Shown piece by piece: positions 52,153-64,000 of a stretch of 64,000 nucleotides of DNA; within the stretch, counting starts at the first letter, position 1, and each line of letters opens with the position of its first letter. The DNA lies in assembly GCA_016748015.1 (NCBI GenBank), contig JAAOMT010000254.1:124001-188000 (forward strand), in the 5' to 3' direction. Source of the stretch: Geosiphon pyriformis uo1. Its lineage: Eukaryota > Fungi > Glomeromycota. A model generated the notes under the pieces. That model searched no databases. It saw only the letters and a list, made by a program, of their open reading frames with translations, and had not been told where the DNA came from. The position numbers and the translations under genes were made by a program.

Positions 52153-55100
52153 CTAATATTGTCTCATTCTGGAGAGACAGTCAACATTGGTGTGGAGTTT
52201 TCCTGGTTTGTGATGTACTATGTATCGATAGTTTGCTAGAAATCCTGTCCATCAGGTTTGTTTTGCATTCAGCTGAGTATTTTTGTTCTAAAGCCATTTG
52301 AGTCCAATATTATCAGTGATAATATCGAATTCTTTAGGCTTGAGATAAAGGTTGAAGTGGTGTAGGGCCCAAATTATGGCTGCTGTTTCTAGTTCTGTAG
52401 CAGAGTAGTTTTTCTCAGCTGGTTTTAATGTTCTGCTAGCATAAGCAATTACTCACTCATTTCCATTGTCATTTAGTTGTAATAAGATGGCACCAAAGGC
52501 AGTATGTGAAGCATCTGTAGTTAGTCAAAATTGGTTGCTGAAATCTGGGTAGGCGAGAATTGGAGCTGTTGTCAGTTTTTCCTTAAGAATTTCAAAAGCT
52601 TTTTGGTGTTCAATAGTCCATTTGTATTTAACGTTTTTGGTGGTGAGCTGGTTGAGGGGTTTTGCAATTTCCGAGAATTCTTTGATAAACTTCCGATAGT
52701 AGGATGCTAATCCTATGAATCCTCTTAGTTCTGTAGTATTTTGTGGAACTTTGAAGTTCTTAACAGCACTGATTTTTCCTGGATCTGGTTTGACTCTTTC
52801 TTCACTAACTATGTGACCAAGAAAGACCAAACTTGTTTTTCCAAAATGGCATTTCTCAATGTTTAGTTTTAATCCTGCTCTACGTAATCGTTGAAAAACT
52901 TCTCGCAGGTAAATTAAATGAAGTTCGAAAGATGGGGAATAAACATCAGTGTCATTAAGATAGACAACTACTGATTTTCAAAGGAGTTCAGCATATACAA
53001 CATCCATGAGTCTTTGAAATGTTGCTGGCGCATTGCATAATCCAAAGGGCATTACATTGAATTCATAGTTTCCTCCTTGTGTTGTGAATGCTGTTTTGGA
53101 GCAGTTCTTGGGATCCATGGCAACTTGCCAGTATTCACTTTCTAGGTCTAATGTTGAAAAGTATTTAGATTTTCCAAGGGCATCTAACATGTCATCAATT
53201 TGTAGAAGAGGGTAAGCATTCCCAATCATGACACTGTTGAGTTATCAATAATCAACACAAAATCGTATCTTTCCATTCTTCTTTTTAACTAGAACCACTG
53301 GTGAGGCCCATGGACTCATTGATGATTGGATAAGCCTATTGTTAAGCATCTGTTGTACTTCTTCTTAGATAAATTGGTGGCTTTCTGGAGCAACTCGGTA
53401 GGCTTGTTGTCGCCTTGGTTTGGCATCTCCTGTATAGATTTGGTGTTGCACCAAATTGGTTCTTCTTAAGTCATTGTTGTTTTCGGCAAAGATATCGGCA
53501 AAATCTGCAATTAGTTTCTTGAGCTGGTTTTGTTGTTGTGGTTCAAGTTGTCCTATGTTGATTCGAGATAGTTTTTCTATAACAATATGATAGTTTTCAG
53601 AGCTGGAGTTTGGGTTGATTTTTGGTAGTAAATGTTCAATAATTTCAGAAAAATCGGGGACTGTTTGGAATTATTCTTGTTGAAAGATGTTACTGTGAAT
53701 GATTCTAATTTCTAAGTTATTTAATAAAACTATGAGATAATTGTTGGGATTGTAAAAAGTAACTCGGACTTTCTTTGTTCCTTCTGGAATATAAATATTT
53801 GGGATTGAGATTTTATGTTTCAAGCAAATTTGTTTGTTTGATTCAAAAATTTGTTGTGTGGTTGTTGGCTTTTCACAAATGTAAATTTCAGTGTGTTCTC
53901 CAAAGGGTGAAATGGTAATTGGTTGTGGAAGTTGTAAAATCTGGTGAGATTCTTTCTGTTCATTAAGAGCTATGTTTACTGGAACTGTGAAACGTCCAGT
54001 TGAACCAAAACCTTGTGTTCCTCTTTTGCTTTTTCCCAACTGTTCTCTTTAATTAACTAATTGTAAACCCGAAATGTTGATTAAGGGTAAATAGATAGCT
54101 TGAGCAATTTTTTTCAGCATATCCAATTTTGAAAGGTTTATCAGTTTCATTTTGTAACATGACTGTGATGTCTTCTGTGTATCTAGCATTGATGATTCCT
54201 TCTCTAACATTGATTCCTTTGCTTGCCAAGAATGATCAAGAAGCAATTTGAACCATTGCTCCTGGTGGAATTTCGAGGGTAATTTTGAGGTTGATTTTTG
54301 TGAGAGATTTGGGTTTGAGAGTAAGAGTATCTTTTCCTGGATATCTTAGATCATATCCAGCATTGATCTTGTGGGCTTTTTCTGGTTTTATTCCTTGTCC
54401 ATTGTTGTTGAAATATTTGAGTTGTAAAGCAGGCTGATTTTCAATGAGATAAGTAGGTGTTGTTTCAATTTTTTCTGTTGCTTCAAGTTCTCCGAATTCA
54501 ATTTCATATTCATCATTTTCGCTGGGCAAGGGAATGCTAAGAGCGTAGCATTTAGAACACCACTGTTCATCACAAGGCATAATGCATTCTTCACATAATC
54601 TAATGTTCATTTGCTCTAATCGTTGAATTTGAGCTTCTTGGGTTGGGTAGGTGTGACTTGCGATTTGGTGGTAGACTTCTACTTCATCTTCGTAATTGAA
54701 TCCAGCTAATTCCATAGTGTATTCAATGTATTCTGCTTCCTTCATTTGGCGAACATCTTCTTTGGTAGCTCCATTAATTAATGCCATTGCTAAGTCGAAA
54801 ATCATTTCGGCATCATAAGGGTAGTGATAAAGTTTGTTGAGAATACTGTTGTATGCTGCATTAAAGAGTGTTCCTCTTTTTACTTTTTCTAAAATTGATA
54901 AAGCATATTGGCAGGTCTGATCACAGACTCCTCTTCTCATGGCTATATCAATCCAATTGCATTCTTCTGGTAGCATATTTCCACAAGTCAAACAAGGGGT
55001 GTTGTCCCATTTTCCGCTCCTTTTTATTAGATGGCCCCATCATTCTCTGTGGCAAGCCTTGCAGTAATAACAAGTATGATTCTCATATTCTTCTTCAGGT

Positions 55101-55951
55101 GAAATGCAGGCTCCCATTGATGATAGTTTCTTGTGGCAGTCCTTACATTTAAGGGGAATATAGGGGCATTGTTTTCTTGGTTCAGGTTTTGAATAGGGGA
55201 TATTCCATCCAGAGGTTTTGGGTTCAGAGTGTGAGGTAAAATGTTCTTGTTCTGTTTCATCGGCCCAGTTGGACATTGATCCAAGAGCCATGAATGTTTC
55301 AATGAGGGGTTTTTCCTCTTCCGGTTCAAATTCAAAAGCTGGGGCTTTTTCAAAGCATTTGTTGAATGTACCACAAGTGGCAGGTACCTGGGCGTGTTGT
55401 CCTTGGTAGGAGATTGTTAACTCTTGTGTTTCCCAATTCAGATTAGCATTGGCTTTTTAAAGCCAATCATTTCTGATGAGAGCTTGGTACTGGGGTGCAT
55501 CCATTACAAGAACTTTAACTAGAATGGTAATTCCATCAAGAGTGAATGGAAAATTGTCAATTTCTTCTACTGGAGTCTTTTTCATGCCATCAGCAGTGAC
55601 AATTACTGTTTGAGCTGGTCGGTCGACATTTCTTTTCAACTGTTGCATTAACTGGTAGATGATAATGCTTCCGGCAGATCCACTGTCTAGGATCAAGCAA
55701 ATTGTCTTTCTTTCGACTTCGGCTTCGGTGTACATGGCCATGATTGCTTTTTGTTCATTGGTGGCTGCATTGCTAAGCAGAAATGATGACTCATTTGCTT
55801 CGAACTCAAAAGGGAATATATCTAAAAGATTAGTGTTTTCAGCAATTCTGGCTGGTGGGATTGTGGTAAGAGTATAGGAAGAGTTTTGTTGTTGTGCTAT
55901 AGCTCTATCTTCTGAGGGTGCAGTATGGTAAAAATTCTGTTCTTCTGGCAT
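52153..55951 (-). pseudogene. Pol of A2: protease - Cys-rich domain - dUTPase (~53995-54420) - RT - RNase H
   Basis: LILDSGSAGS; multiple CxxC; NAGYDL, GIINARYT, RGTQGFGSTG; FSTLDL, MPFGLCNAPATFQR, TDAS. Confidence 0.93.
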
Positions 55952-57772
55952 TGTTAAATAACTGGGTTGAGTGTGATAGTGGTTGGGTCTTAGTTGAGTG
56001 GAGTTTCAGAGAGCTAATTGGTTGTTCAAACTGATTTTATTGTTGTTTACTTGGTATTGGTTTTGTGGAGTGAGTTGATTTTGTGTAATCAGTCTTCAAA
56101 CAGGTACTGGATAATGTTGTGTAGGTGGTTGCTGGTATTGCTGTTGGATTGGCTGTGGGGCGGGCTGATAATAGTTATTTTGGTATTGGGGTCTTGGTGG
56201 ATAGTAAGCTGGTGGTGGCAGTTGATAATAAGATTGCTGTGGTAGAGGGTAACATTGATTACTCCTATTTTGTTGGTCTCGTTGTAGCTTTCTGCAATCT
56301 CTTTTTCAGTGGCCAGAGATTCCACAGTAATGACAATTCTGAGGCTGGTTATTGGAAAGTGGTGCAAAGTTATTTTGATTTCGTCTTTGGGGTGGTTGAT
56401 ATCTTTGGGATTACTGTTGTTGTTGATTGGTGAAATAGTTTTCAACCTTCTTTGTAAGTTGGTCAATTTTTTTCTCAGCTGCTGAGCTGGTTTCTCCAAT
56501 TGCCAAATTTACAAGTTTTGTGCGATTGGCCTTTTCCATGACCATTTTGTATCTTTTCGCATGCTGTATGGCAGAGTTTAAATCTTCTGGCACATGTGGG
56601 CGAATCTTTTTAATTAGTTTATCTTTTAGACCAGTGATAAATTGATCCAAGATTTGAGCATCAGAATAATAATTGTTTGTTTCGAGTTGGCAAATTCGTC
56701 TGAAAAGTTTGTTGAATTTCCCAATATAAGTCATAACAGATTCAGAGGGTTCTTGTTTAATATTTCGAAAACAATTACGAAGGGTGATGGAGGTATTATT
56801 GTCGGTGAACTGTTCAAGAAAGGCTGCTTTGAAAGTGTTCTAATCATTGAATGAGGTGGCCAAGTTTTCAAACCATTCTTCTGCTGTTTCTTTGAGAAAG
56901 TAGGAAATTGTTTTTAACATTCTGGCAGCATTCCATCCATTTGCATCTCCAGCTTTAGTAACTTGGTTAAGCCATTCTTGGGAACTGGTCTTAATATCTT
57001 CTCCATTGAATTCAGGGATTTTTGCAATGTATGTTGTCATTTCGTCTTCTTCCTTTTCACTGTTTATTGATTCTTCTTCAGTTATTTCAGAGTTGTTTTC
57101 TTCATTTGCTGCTGTCTCAGAGTGTTCACTTTTGATTTTCTGCTAAAAAATCAAGGAGATTGGAACTAGTTTGAAAGGGTTCTTGTTGTCTGATGGGACT
57201 TCTGAGTGCTGTAAAATCTTCTGGTCTTGCAAATCAATTTAAAGGTGAATTAGGCATTTGTGCTTGTGCAAGTAAAGCTGGAAAAGGTGTGATAGTAAGT
57301 GGAAGTTTTGAACTGGTTTCTTGTTTAGGTGTTTGTAAATGGTTGGCAGTTGTTTTCAGTAGTGTTGGAGTATTTGGGGTGGTTCTTGAGTATTGCTTCA
57401 ATTTGTTTTTGCCTTTGTTGTTTGTTTCTGTTTCCGATTCAAAATCAATAGTGTATTGAGACTGCACTGGATATGTTTTTTCACAGTATTTGATAATGTT
57501 ATATTAAGTTTGTGAAAGTAAGTGGCAAGTGTTTCACTGTTAAGGTCTTCAGTTCCCAACTGTGAATAGTGTGCTAAATTATTGTAAAGGTTGCTTCTAA
57601 CTTCTGAGATATTGTAATTTCCAAAAAGATAATTGTTGATGCAGTTTTCAATGTATTGGTATACTGATTTCTTGACAACTTCAATTCCGTCTGGAATGTT
57701 GAATCTTTGTTTGCAGTGGGTGTAAATTGACTGGTAATACTCTAGAGTTGTTGTGTCTGGTGTGGTTGTCAC
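55952..57772 (-). pseudogene. Gag of A2 with N-terminal extension
   Basis: Fragments 57398-57772, 56840-57040 and 56411-56734; CHYCG..GH.KRDC knuckle near 56290-56335. Confidence 0.88.
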
Positions 57773-60700
57773 TTTGAAGTTGTTTTTGCTGTGTTGTTTC
57801 TGTGGGAGAGCACCAAATGTTACCAGAGGTTTTTGGTCTCTTTTTTTGAATGTTGTTGTTGTTGATTTGCTGTAAATTCACGTTTTCAGGAAGTAGTTGA
57901 ACCTCTAGTAACTGAATTTATCTTCAAATTATCTCCTATAATTTGAATTGCTGGGCTTATAAGTGGAATGGCCAATTCCGTGCCAGTTACTTTATGTAGT
58001 TACATTTTAGTAAATGTCAACTCTTTCTCAGGAATTGCTCGTCTGGAAGCTCACTAAAATGTATAGTTACTTTGCTGTGAAAGTCAACTCTTCTACAGAA
58101 ATCTTGTCTATAGGCTACCCTAATAATTATAGTAAGAAAATAAAAAGAAAATAAAAAGATGTAAAAGAAATGGAATTCTGTCAAGGGAAATGTTTTCAAT
58201 CCAGGCCTGGAGTCACTAACAGATTATTGAAATTGGTAGCTAATCAATTTCAAAACTTTTAGTTGGGTTTTGAGGATTTTCCAAGTGCAATAATTAAAGA
58301 ATTTGGTTTTTCGAATTATTTGATATTTATTTTTTTTTGTGTATGTAGGAATGATTCTAAGTGATAAATCTAAAGCAAGATATATTTTCTCAAAGAGAGA
58401 AGCTCTTCTTTTATACAACTTGTTATAACACTATTCTATGAACTTGAACTTTGCTATTTTCTACAATTTCGCTGAACTAAAGATACATTTTGACAAACTA
58501 CAAGTTATTTCTGCAAACTATTAGATATTTTGGTGAACTATCAATTATTTCAGTAAATTTCTATAAATTTTGGCAAACTTTTGAATGTTATATAGTTTGG
58601 GATATTGCATGATTGATCATCACAATTAGGTTACATTTGTGTTGTGTACAATTTAGGTTATTAATTAAATGATAATTTCAGACATTTTTTTTTTGCTAAT
58701 GTAATAAGTGATAATTTGAATGATAATATATGCTAATTAATAAGAGGAATTATAAGATAGTTTCATGCTAAATGATATCTCTAATTTTGTCTGGTAACAA
58801 CGTCCAAAGAATGATTTGATTGGATTGATCTTGAGGCCAGCATTTCTAAGGAGGTCAAAAACCTTTTGCAAATGTTCAAGGTATTCATTCCAGGTTTTTG
58901 AGTATACCATTATGTCGTCCAAGTAAACTAGAACAAAGTTTTCTTTTACTGATTCAAATACTTTGTCCATTAAGTGTTAAAAGGTGGGAGGAATATTTGT
59001 GAGACCAAAAAGCATGACTGTGAATTTATAGGTGCCATACTTGGTGATGAAGGCAGTTTTCTTTCTGCTTTCTGAATCCATCTCTACTTGCCAGAATCCA
59101 GCAGTTAAGTCAAATGTTGAGAAGAAAGCGGCACCATGGAATTGGTCTAGCATTGCATCAATCTTAGAAAGTGGGTACATGTCTCTTTCAATAATGGCAT
59201 TTAATTGGCAATAGTTAACACAAAAGCATAGAGTTCCTCCTTTCTTGGATACTACTACAACCAGGAATGCCCATTCACTCTTGGTTTCCTGTATAAATCC
59301 AAGGGTTTTCATTTGGGTTATTTCCTTTTTGATAAACTCATTATTGTGCCGGTTGAATTGATAGAGCTTCAAATAGATGGGGCAAGTTTCTCTGGTAATG
59401 ATGGTGTGTTGTATCACATGTGTACGTCCAAAAGGTTCATCTTCTTTTGAGACAACTGGGCTGTTTCTAGCCAGCAGGTTTTCAATGTCTATCTTTCTTT
59501 CTTCTGGAGAGGGTTCTCTTTGTTCTACAACCAATGATTGGATTTCAGGTGGTTCATTTTTAAACGACTTTTGGACTTCTTTTATTTCTTCACGGGGTAT
59601 CAAGCTGATTGGTTCCCAATCTTTGTAATAAATCAGACAGGACATGCATTCATCACTAGGAGAATACAATGGTTTGTTGCACCAGCACCAGGTACAAGGT
59701 CCATGCCACCAATAATTGTATTTGGCTTTCTTGCCTGGCTTTCTGTCAAAGGTTTTTCTGAGCATGTCATAATAAGGCCAGCAGATCAGCTTGCCATTGA
59801 CAATGATTCCTTCTTTATCTGCTTTGACATTATCCAGTGGTTTGCCATTGCTAGTGAAGATGGTATAGGCGAGTTTAGCAGTCTCTTCTTGTTCTTCTTG
59901 TTCTTCTTTTTCCTCACTTTTTTCATCATCTGATTCATCTGATTCATTTTCTTCTGGGCTCTGCTTGGGTACTGGGGGAGTTGTCCAATGGCAATATTTA
60001 ACCACAATGGGTTTCTCACCACATCTGATAGTTAGTTCACAAAGTTCATAATCAAGCAAAACTTTTGCTTTCTTGAGCCATTCATTGCCAACAATGATGG
60101 TGTATTCTTTTGCTTCAGATACTTTCATATCAGTTTTAATGCTAATGCCATTAATGCGGACAGGAATAGCTTTGGCTATGCCAAGTTCTTTCTTTTTATC
60201 ACCATGCACATTGGTCATTGGTTGTGTAAATGATTCATCAATTTTTCTGCCAATTGCTTTAAAAAAGTGTTTAGCAATAACACTAACAGATAATCCACTG
60301 TTTAGGATCAAATCAATGAAGTAGCCAGCCACTTGGGCTTTGCAAATTAGAGGAGTGACATTGCTATTGTCAGCAAGTCCAGCTTGGCAAGGGTGTTTGT
60401 TGGTTTTGGGTGTCTTTTTCTTTGGAATCAGAGATTTGCGAAGATCTTTTCTGAATTGTGGATGGGTCATCAATTGGCCAAAAGTTATATGTGCTGGAGT
60501 TTCCATGAGGTCTTTGACAACAGAATAGGGACCGGATTTTTGTACTATTTCTGGGGGTTCTAACTTTGGAGGTTTTTTTAAAACTTTGGCTTTTGGGGGC
60601 TCATTATTGTTAACAGTTGATGTAGAAGCTTTATTGAGGTCCAGAACGAAATCAACTTTGGCTTTCTTCTTCTTTCTTGTGGATTCAGAGGGGTTGATTG

Positions 60701-63700
60701 CTAATTCATTCATGTCATGGTCATTATCAGTTAAGTTAAAAGTGTAAAAAGGGTTTTTTTCTGGTTGGCTTGCACTCTCACCCTTTGAAGATGCACTACC
60801 AGTTTAAAGGCTGATAAACAGTGGCTTCAACTAGGGGATCCTCTCCAAAGAAATTGATGTTGGCATGATTGGGTCTTTGGTTGGGCACATTGTTGTTGTT
60901 GGGTCTGTTGTTCTGAGCATTATTGTTTCTGAAAACTGGTGGAGGCAGTGGAGGATTGTTGCAATCTCTTGAAAAGTGTCCAGTTAATCCACAGCGATAG
61001 CATACAGGTGGGCCACAATTTTGTTGTCTTTGATAAGGTGGTTGCTGGGGCTGATTAAAGTGTGGTTCAAATCTGAGTCTTTGTGGTTGTTGATTTTCTC
61101 TGACTGCTTGGGCTAAGGGTTCTAATAACCAGGCAAGATTTGCTGTGAGTCTGTCTATTAACTGTTCATTTGGATTTTAAGTATAAGTGGCAAAAGAAGT
61201 AGCAGCCATTTGAGGGGCAGAAGCCATGACAAAAGCAGGAGCAAAAACTGGTAGTGTGGATCCCAAGTGCATCCTTTGGTTATCTTCAATTCTTTGTGCT
61301 AATTCAATGGCCATATCCATGGTGAGATTATTTTTCAGGGCCAGGAGGGGCCAAAGAGCATATGATAGATCAGTTCTCAATCTTTTTGTGAAGGAGTGAA
61401 TTTTCTGCTCTTCTGTTCAATTTCTTCCAGAGTCTACACATTTGATTAGCTTTCTAATAGCTTTGGCATATTCAGTCACTACTTCTCCAGGGCCTTGGGT
61501 TCTTTTTTCCAATTCTATGCACCATTTGGATATTAATATTGGGGTTCTGAACTTGGCCTCAAATCAGGTAGTAAAAGAGGTATTTTCTTTTCTAGCATTG
61601 ATTGGTGTCCATCTGATTATTCTGTGTTGAGTATTGGCATCTGTTTCTTGTGAGAACCAGGTAGCAGGAGAGCCTTGGAGGTAGCCACCAACGATTTGGA
61701 ACTTGTATTCATCATCATACTGGTTGGCTGTGGCAGCTCTCTTAAAATCATCCAACCATTCAATTAGATCTTGTGCATCACTTCTAAATAGTGATAGTGG
61801 GGTATTGTTTCTTCTTCCTAGAGCAGTTTGTATACCTTGGAGAGTGGCCAGAATGTTTGCTTGCATGGGGTCATTAGCCATTGGTTCAGGGGTAACTGTT
61901 TGTGTAGACAAGTCTAATTCACTTAATAAAAGGTCAAAAACAGAGGCAGTTTGGTAACTTTCTTCTTTTGTTTCAAAAGAAGTTTCAGTTGCTTGATGGG
62001 CAGCAATCCAAATATGGATTTGATGATTCAAATATTCGAAATCAGGAGGCTGTTGTTTAAAGGTTGCAGAATATAAGAGTTGATTGATACTGTTGTTTCT
62101 TTCTTCAAAGTTGTTTTCAAAATAAGCTTGGTCAAAGTAATAGGTCGTATAAGCTGTGTAGGTTTCAGCTGAATGCTCATTCAGAAACCAGTTCCAAAAG
62201 TCTTGGAATTGTCTACTAGATTGTTCTTCAAAGGGGAAACAGATCAAGCAAGAAGGTAGAGGATTAAGTTCAATGAAATTTAAATTGTTTCTGTTGTGTG
62301 CTGCAAAGTGTTCTTCTGATTGCTATGGCAGATATGAGTAATCACTCATACAATGAGGGAATAAGTGAATTTTGACAACCTCACAGGGAGCACCACTTTT
62401 ATGTTATGGGTTGGAGTAACAAGCTAATGGATAGCAAGGGAGAACAGTATTGTATGGTGATGGAAATAAACAAAGAAGGAATTACAATAAAGGAGCAAAT
62501 TAAATAAGTAGGAATTCAATGTACGTGATCAGTCTCATAAAAATCACAGTCACTAATCTTTTCTTAAATTTGAAGGTAGAGGAATAATCCGTGATTGTCA
62601 ACAAGATAACACTGCTGTTATTATTCTATGCCTCAACTCGGCGATTCTTAGAATCAATAACAGGTATTGTTGTACTTTTCAATTGTTTCTTTATTCAATA
62701 AATTACAAAAGCAAGCCAATTGCTTCTTAGGCTAATTCTAACAAATACAAATTAAGAAGGAGAAAAGATAAGGTATGTGAATGCCAACAAGTAGATACTT
62801 GAAGGTAAGGAAAGGGGAATAAGCAATTATGAGAGGAAGTAATTGATATTGTTTATTTTATTACTTTGATCATGTCTTTCTACAGCTAAGGGAATCATCA
62901 CTTATATAGCTATCTAAAGTGGTCAACAACCAGGTCAACAATCAGGTCAATGATCAGGTCAATGATCAGGTCAATGATCAGGTTATTGATTAGGTCAATA
63001 ATCAGGTCAATGATCAGGTCAACAGTCAGGTCATTGATCAGGTCAATGATCACTATCTAAAAATAAGGTGGCTAATTATATAACATTAGTGGCTAATACA
63101 TGTGATAACTAATAAAAACTATGGGTTTCAACCATAACAGTGGTTTTTTTTGGTCTAATAACAGTATGTGTTCCACTGTTATTAGTTATGATGGTTTGTT
63201 TTCCAATGATTAGAGTAGCATTTGGATAGTTTTTAATCTAATACTCATGGAAAATATAGAAGGCATTTTAAATGTTTTGATCCAAAAATTAATTGTTTAT
63301 GTCAATTAAAGATATCTCTGTTTTGAAAATGATACATTTATTTATACTTAATTTTTGCTAATTATTTGAATTGGGATTACCACAACAGGCAATCAATCAG
63401 ATTATTTATAATATTTCTTGAGTTGTGTACTATGAATAGGACAATCATTGAAGATTGTTCCAGATTGATCTTGAAGAATATAAGAACCATTGTTTAAAAC
63501 TTTGTTAACTATAAAGGGTTTTTTCTACTGGCTAGAAAATTTATCACCATGGACATTGTTTCTGTCTGAACAGTATTCCAATACCAAATTACCAATACTT
63601 AAAAAAAGTGTTTTATAGGTTTTCTTTTTCTTAAGCTTTTCTTGGAACTGTTTTATTTTTTTAAAAGCAATTATTTGTGCTTTTACCAAGAAGTTAAGAA

Positions 63701-64000
63701 TAGTACCAAGTCTTCTTTGCAAAATGTTTTTATAATTTCCTATTGTAATCTCTTCAAAAAGTATTGTCTTAATGTCAGTTTCTATTGGTAGTGTTGCTAT
63801 GCAGATAAAAAAATTCATAACTTGTTATGTTATGATTTACAGTTCTATAAGCAAACAAAGCTGAAAGCAGTACTTTGTCCTATAAGTTTGTTTTTTTACT
63901 GGTTTTAGCTAAGGTTTCACATAGTGTTCTATTGAAACGTTCTACTAAGCCATTTGTTTGAAGGTGATAAGAAGAAGAAAGTTTATGATGTATTCACATT

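Larger units (their letters stand above)
48987..58799 (-). mobile_element. Full-length Ty3/Gypsy family A copy A2 (~9.8 kb) inserted in the RT of B2
   Basis: LTRs 57818-58799 and 48987-49906 (contains the gap); TSD ACGT; PBS TGGTGCTCTCCCACAG; PPT GAGGAGAAGG. Confidence 0.95.
45503..63139 (-). mobile_element. Full-length Ty3/Gypsy family B copy B2, carrying nested A2
   Basis: LTRs 62402-63139 and 45503-46252; TSD GTGG; PBS ~62377-62395. gag ~60800-62350, pol 58977-60713 continuing at 48986-48299, integrase 48239-~46925, 3' ORF ~46878-46222. Confidence 0.95.
43249..64000 (-). mobile_element. Ty3/Gypsy family B copy B3 (3' LTR 43249-43937; 3' ORF split by a LINE and by B2; integrase resumes 63140-64000 and runs off the window)
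   Basis: LTR termini, 3' ORF fragment 43907-44209 and integrase fragment 63525-63818. The host sequence rejoins across B2. Confidence 0.88.

Noticed and set aside
2282-61957. Numerous antisense ORFs over gag/pol
   Set aside because: Short shadows of the sense reading frames with no recognisable motifs; recurrence between copies reflects shared ancestry.
62520-62590. Intact tRNA-Met gene on the opposite strand of family B LTRs
   Set aside because: Only the anticodon arm matches; no D arm, T-loop (GTTCGA) or acceptor stem around it.

Overview
AT-rich eukaryotic genomic window. The intron style, SEL1 and Crinkler-like remnants and transposon families point to an early-diverging fungus, probably Glomeromycotina/Mucoromycota (inference). 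Most of it is a decayed, deeply nested transposon array around one apparently intact host gene, a multi-intron PUS10 tRNA pseudouridine synthase (24373-27123, +). Three Ty3/Gypsy LTR retrotransposon families are present. Family A (A1 1-7619, A2 48987-58799, solo LTR 12803-13772) carries a Cys-rich domain and a dUTPase between protease and RT. Family B (B0, B1 34268-42067, B2 45503-63139, B3) has a -1 frameshift site and a PBS matching elongator tRNA-Met. Family C is represented by 19840-23697 and a solo LTR at 4039-4901. All three share an unusual layout: gag / PR-RT-RNaseH ending in a stop / a separate integrase ORF with its own ATG / an additional soluble ~220-aa 3' ORF that, in A and B, runs through the PPT into the 3' LTR. 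All insertions with both ends visible have 4-bp TSDs. Also present are LINE-like remnants, a pogo/Tigger transposon (12163-17525) holding an inverted-repeat-bounded cargo of SEL1 repeats and a Crinkler-type nuclease remnant, and an assembly gap (49002-49600). Repeat copies are riddled with C:G->T:A transitions. Coordinates of degenerate domains are approximate and were read by eye.
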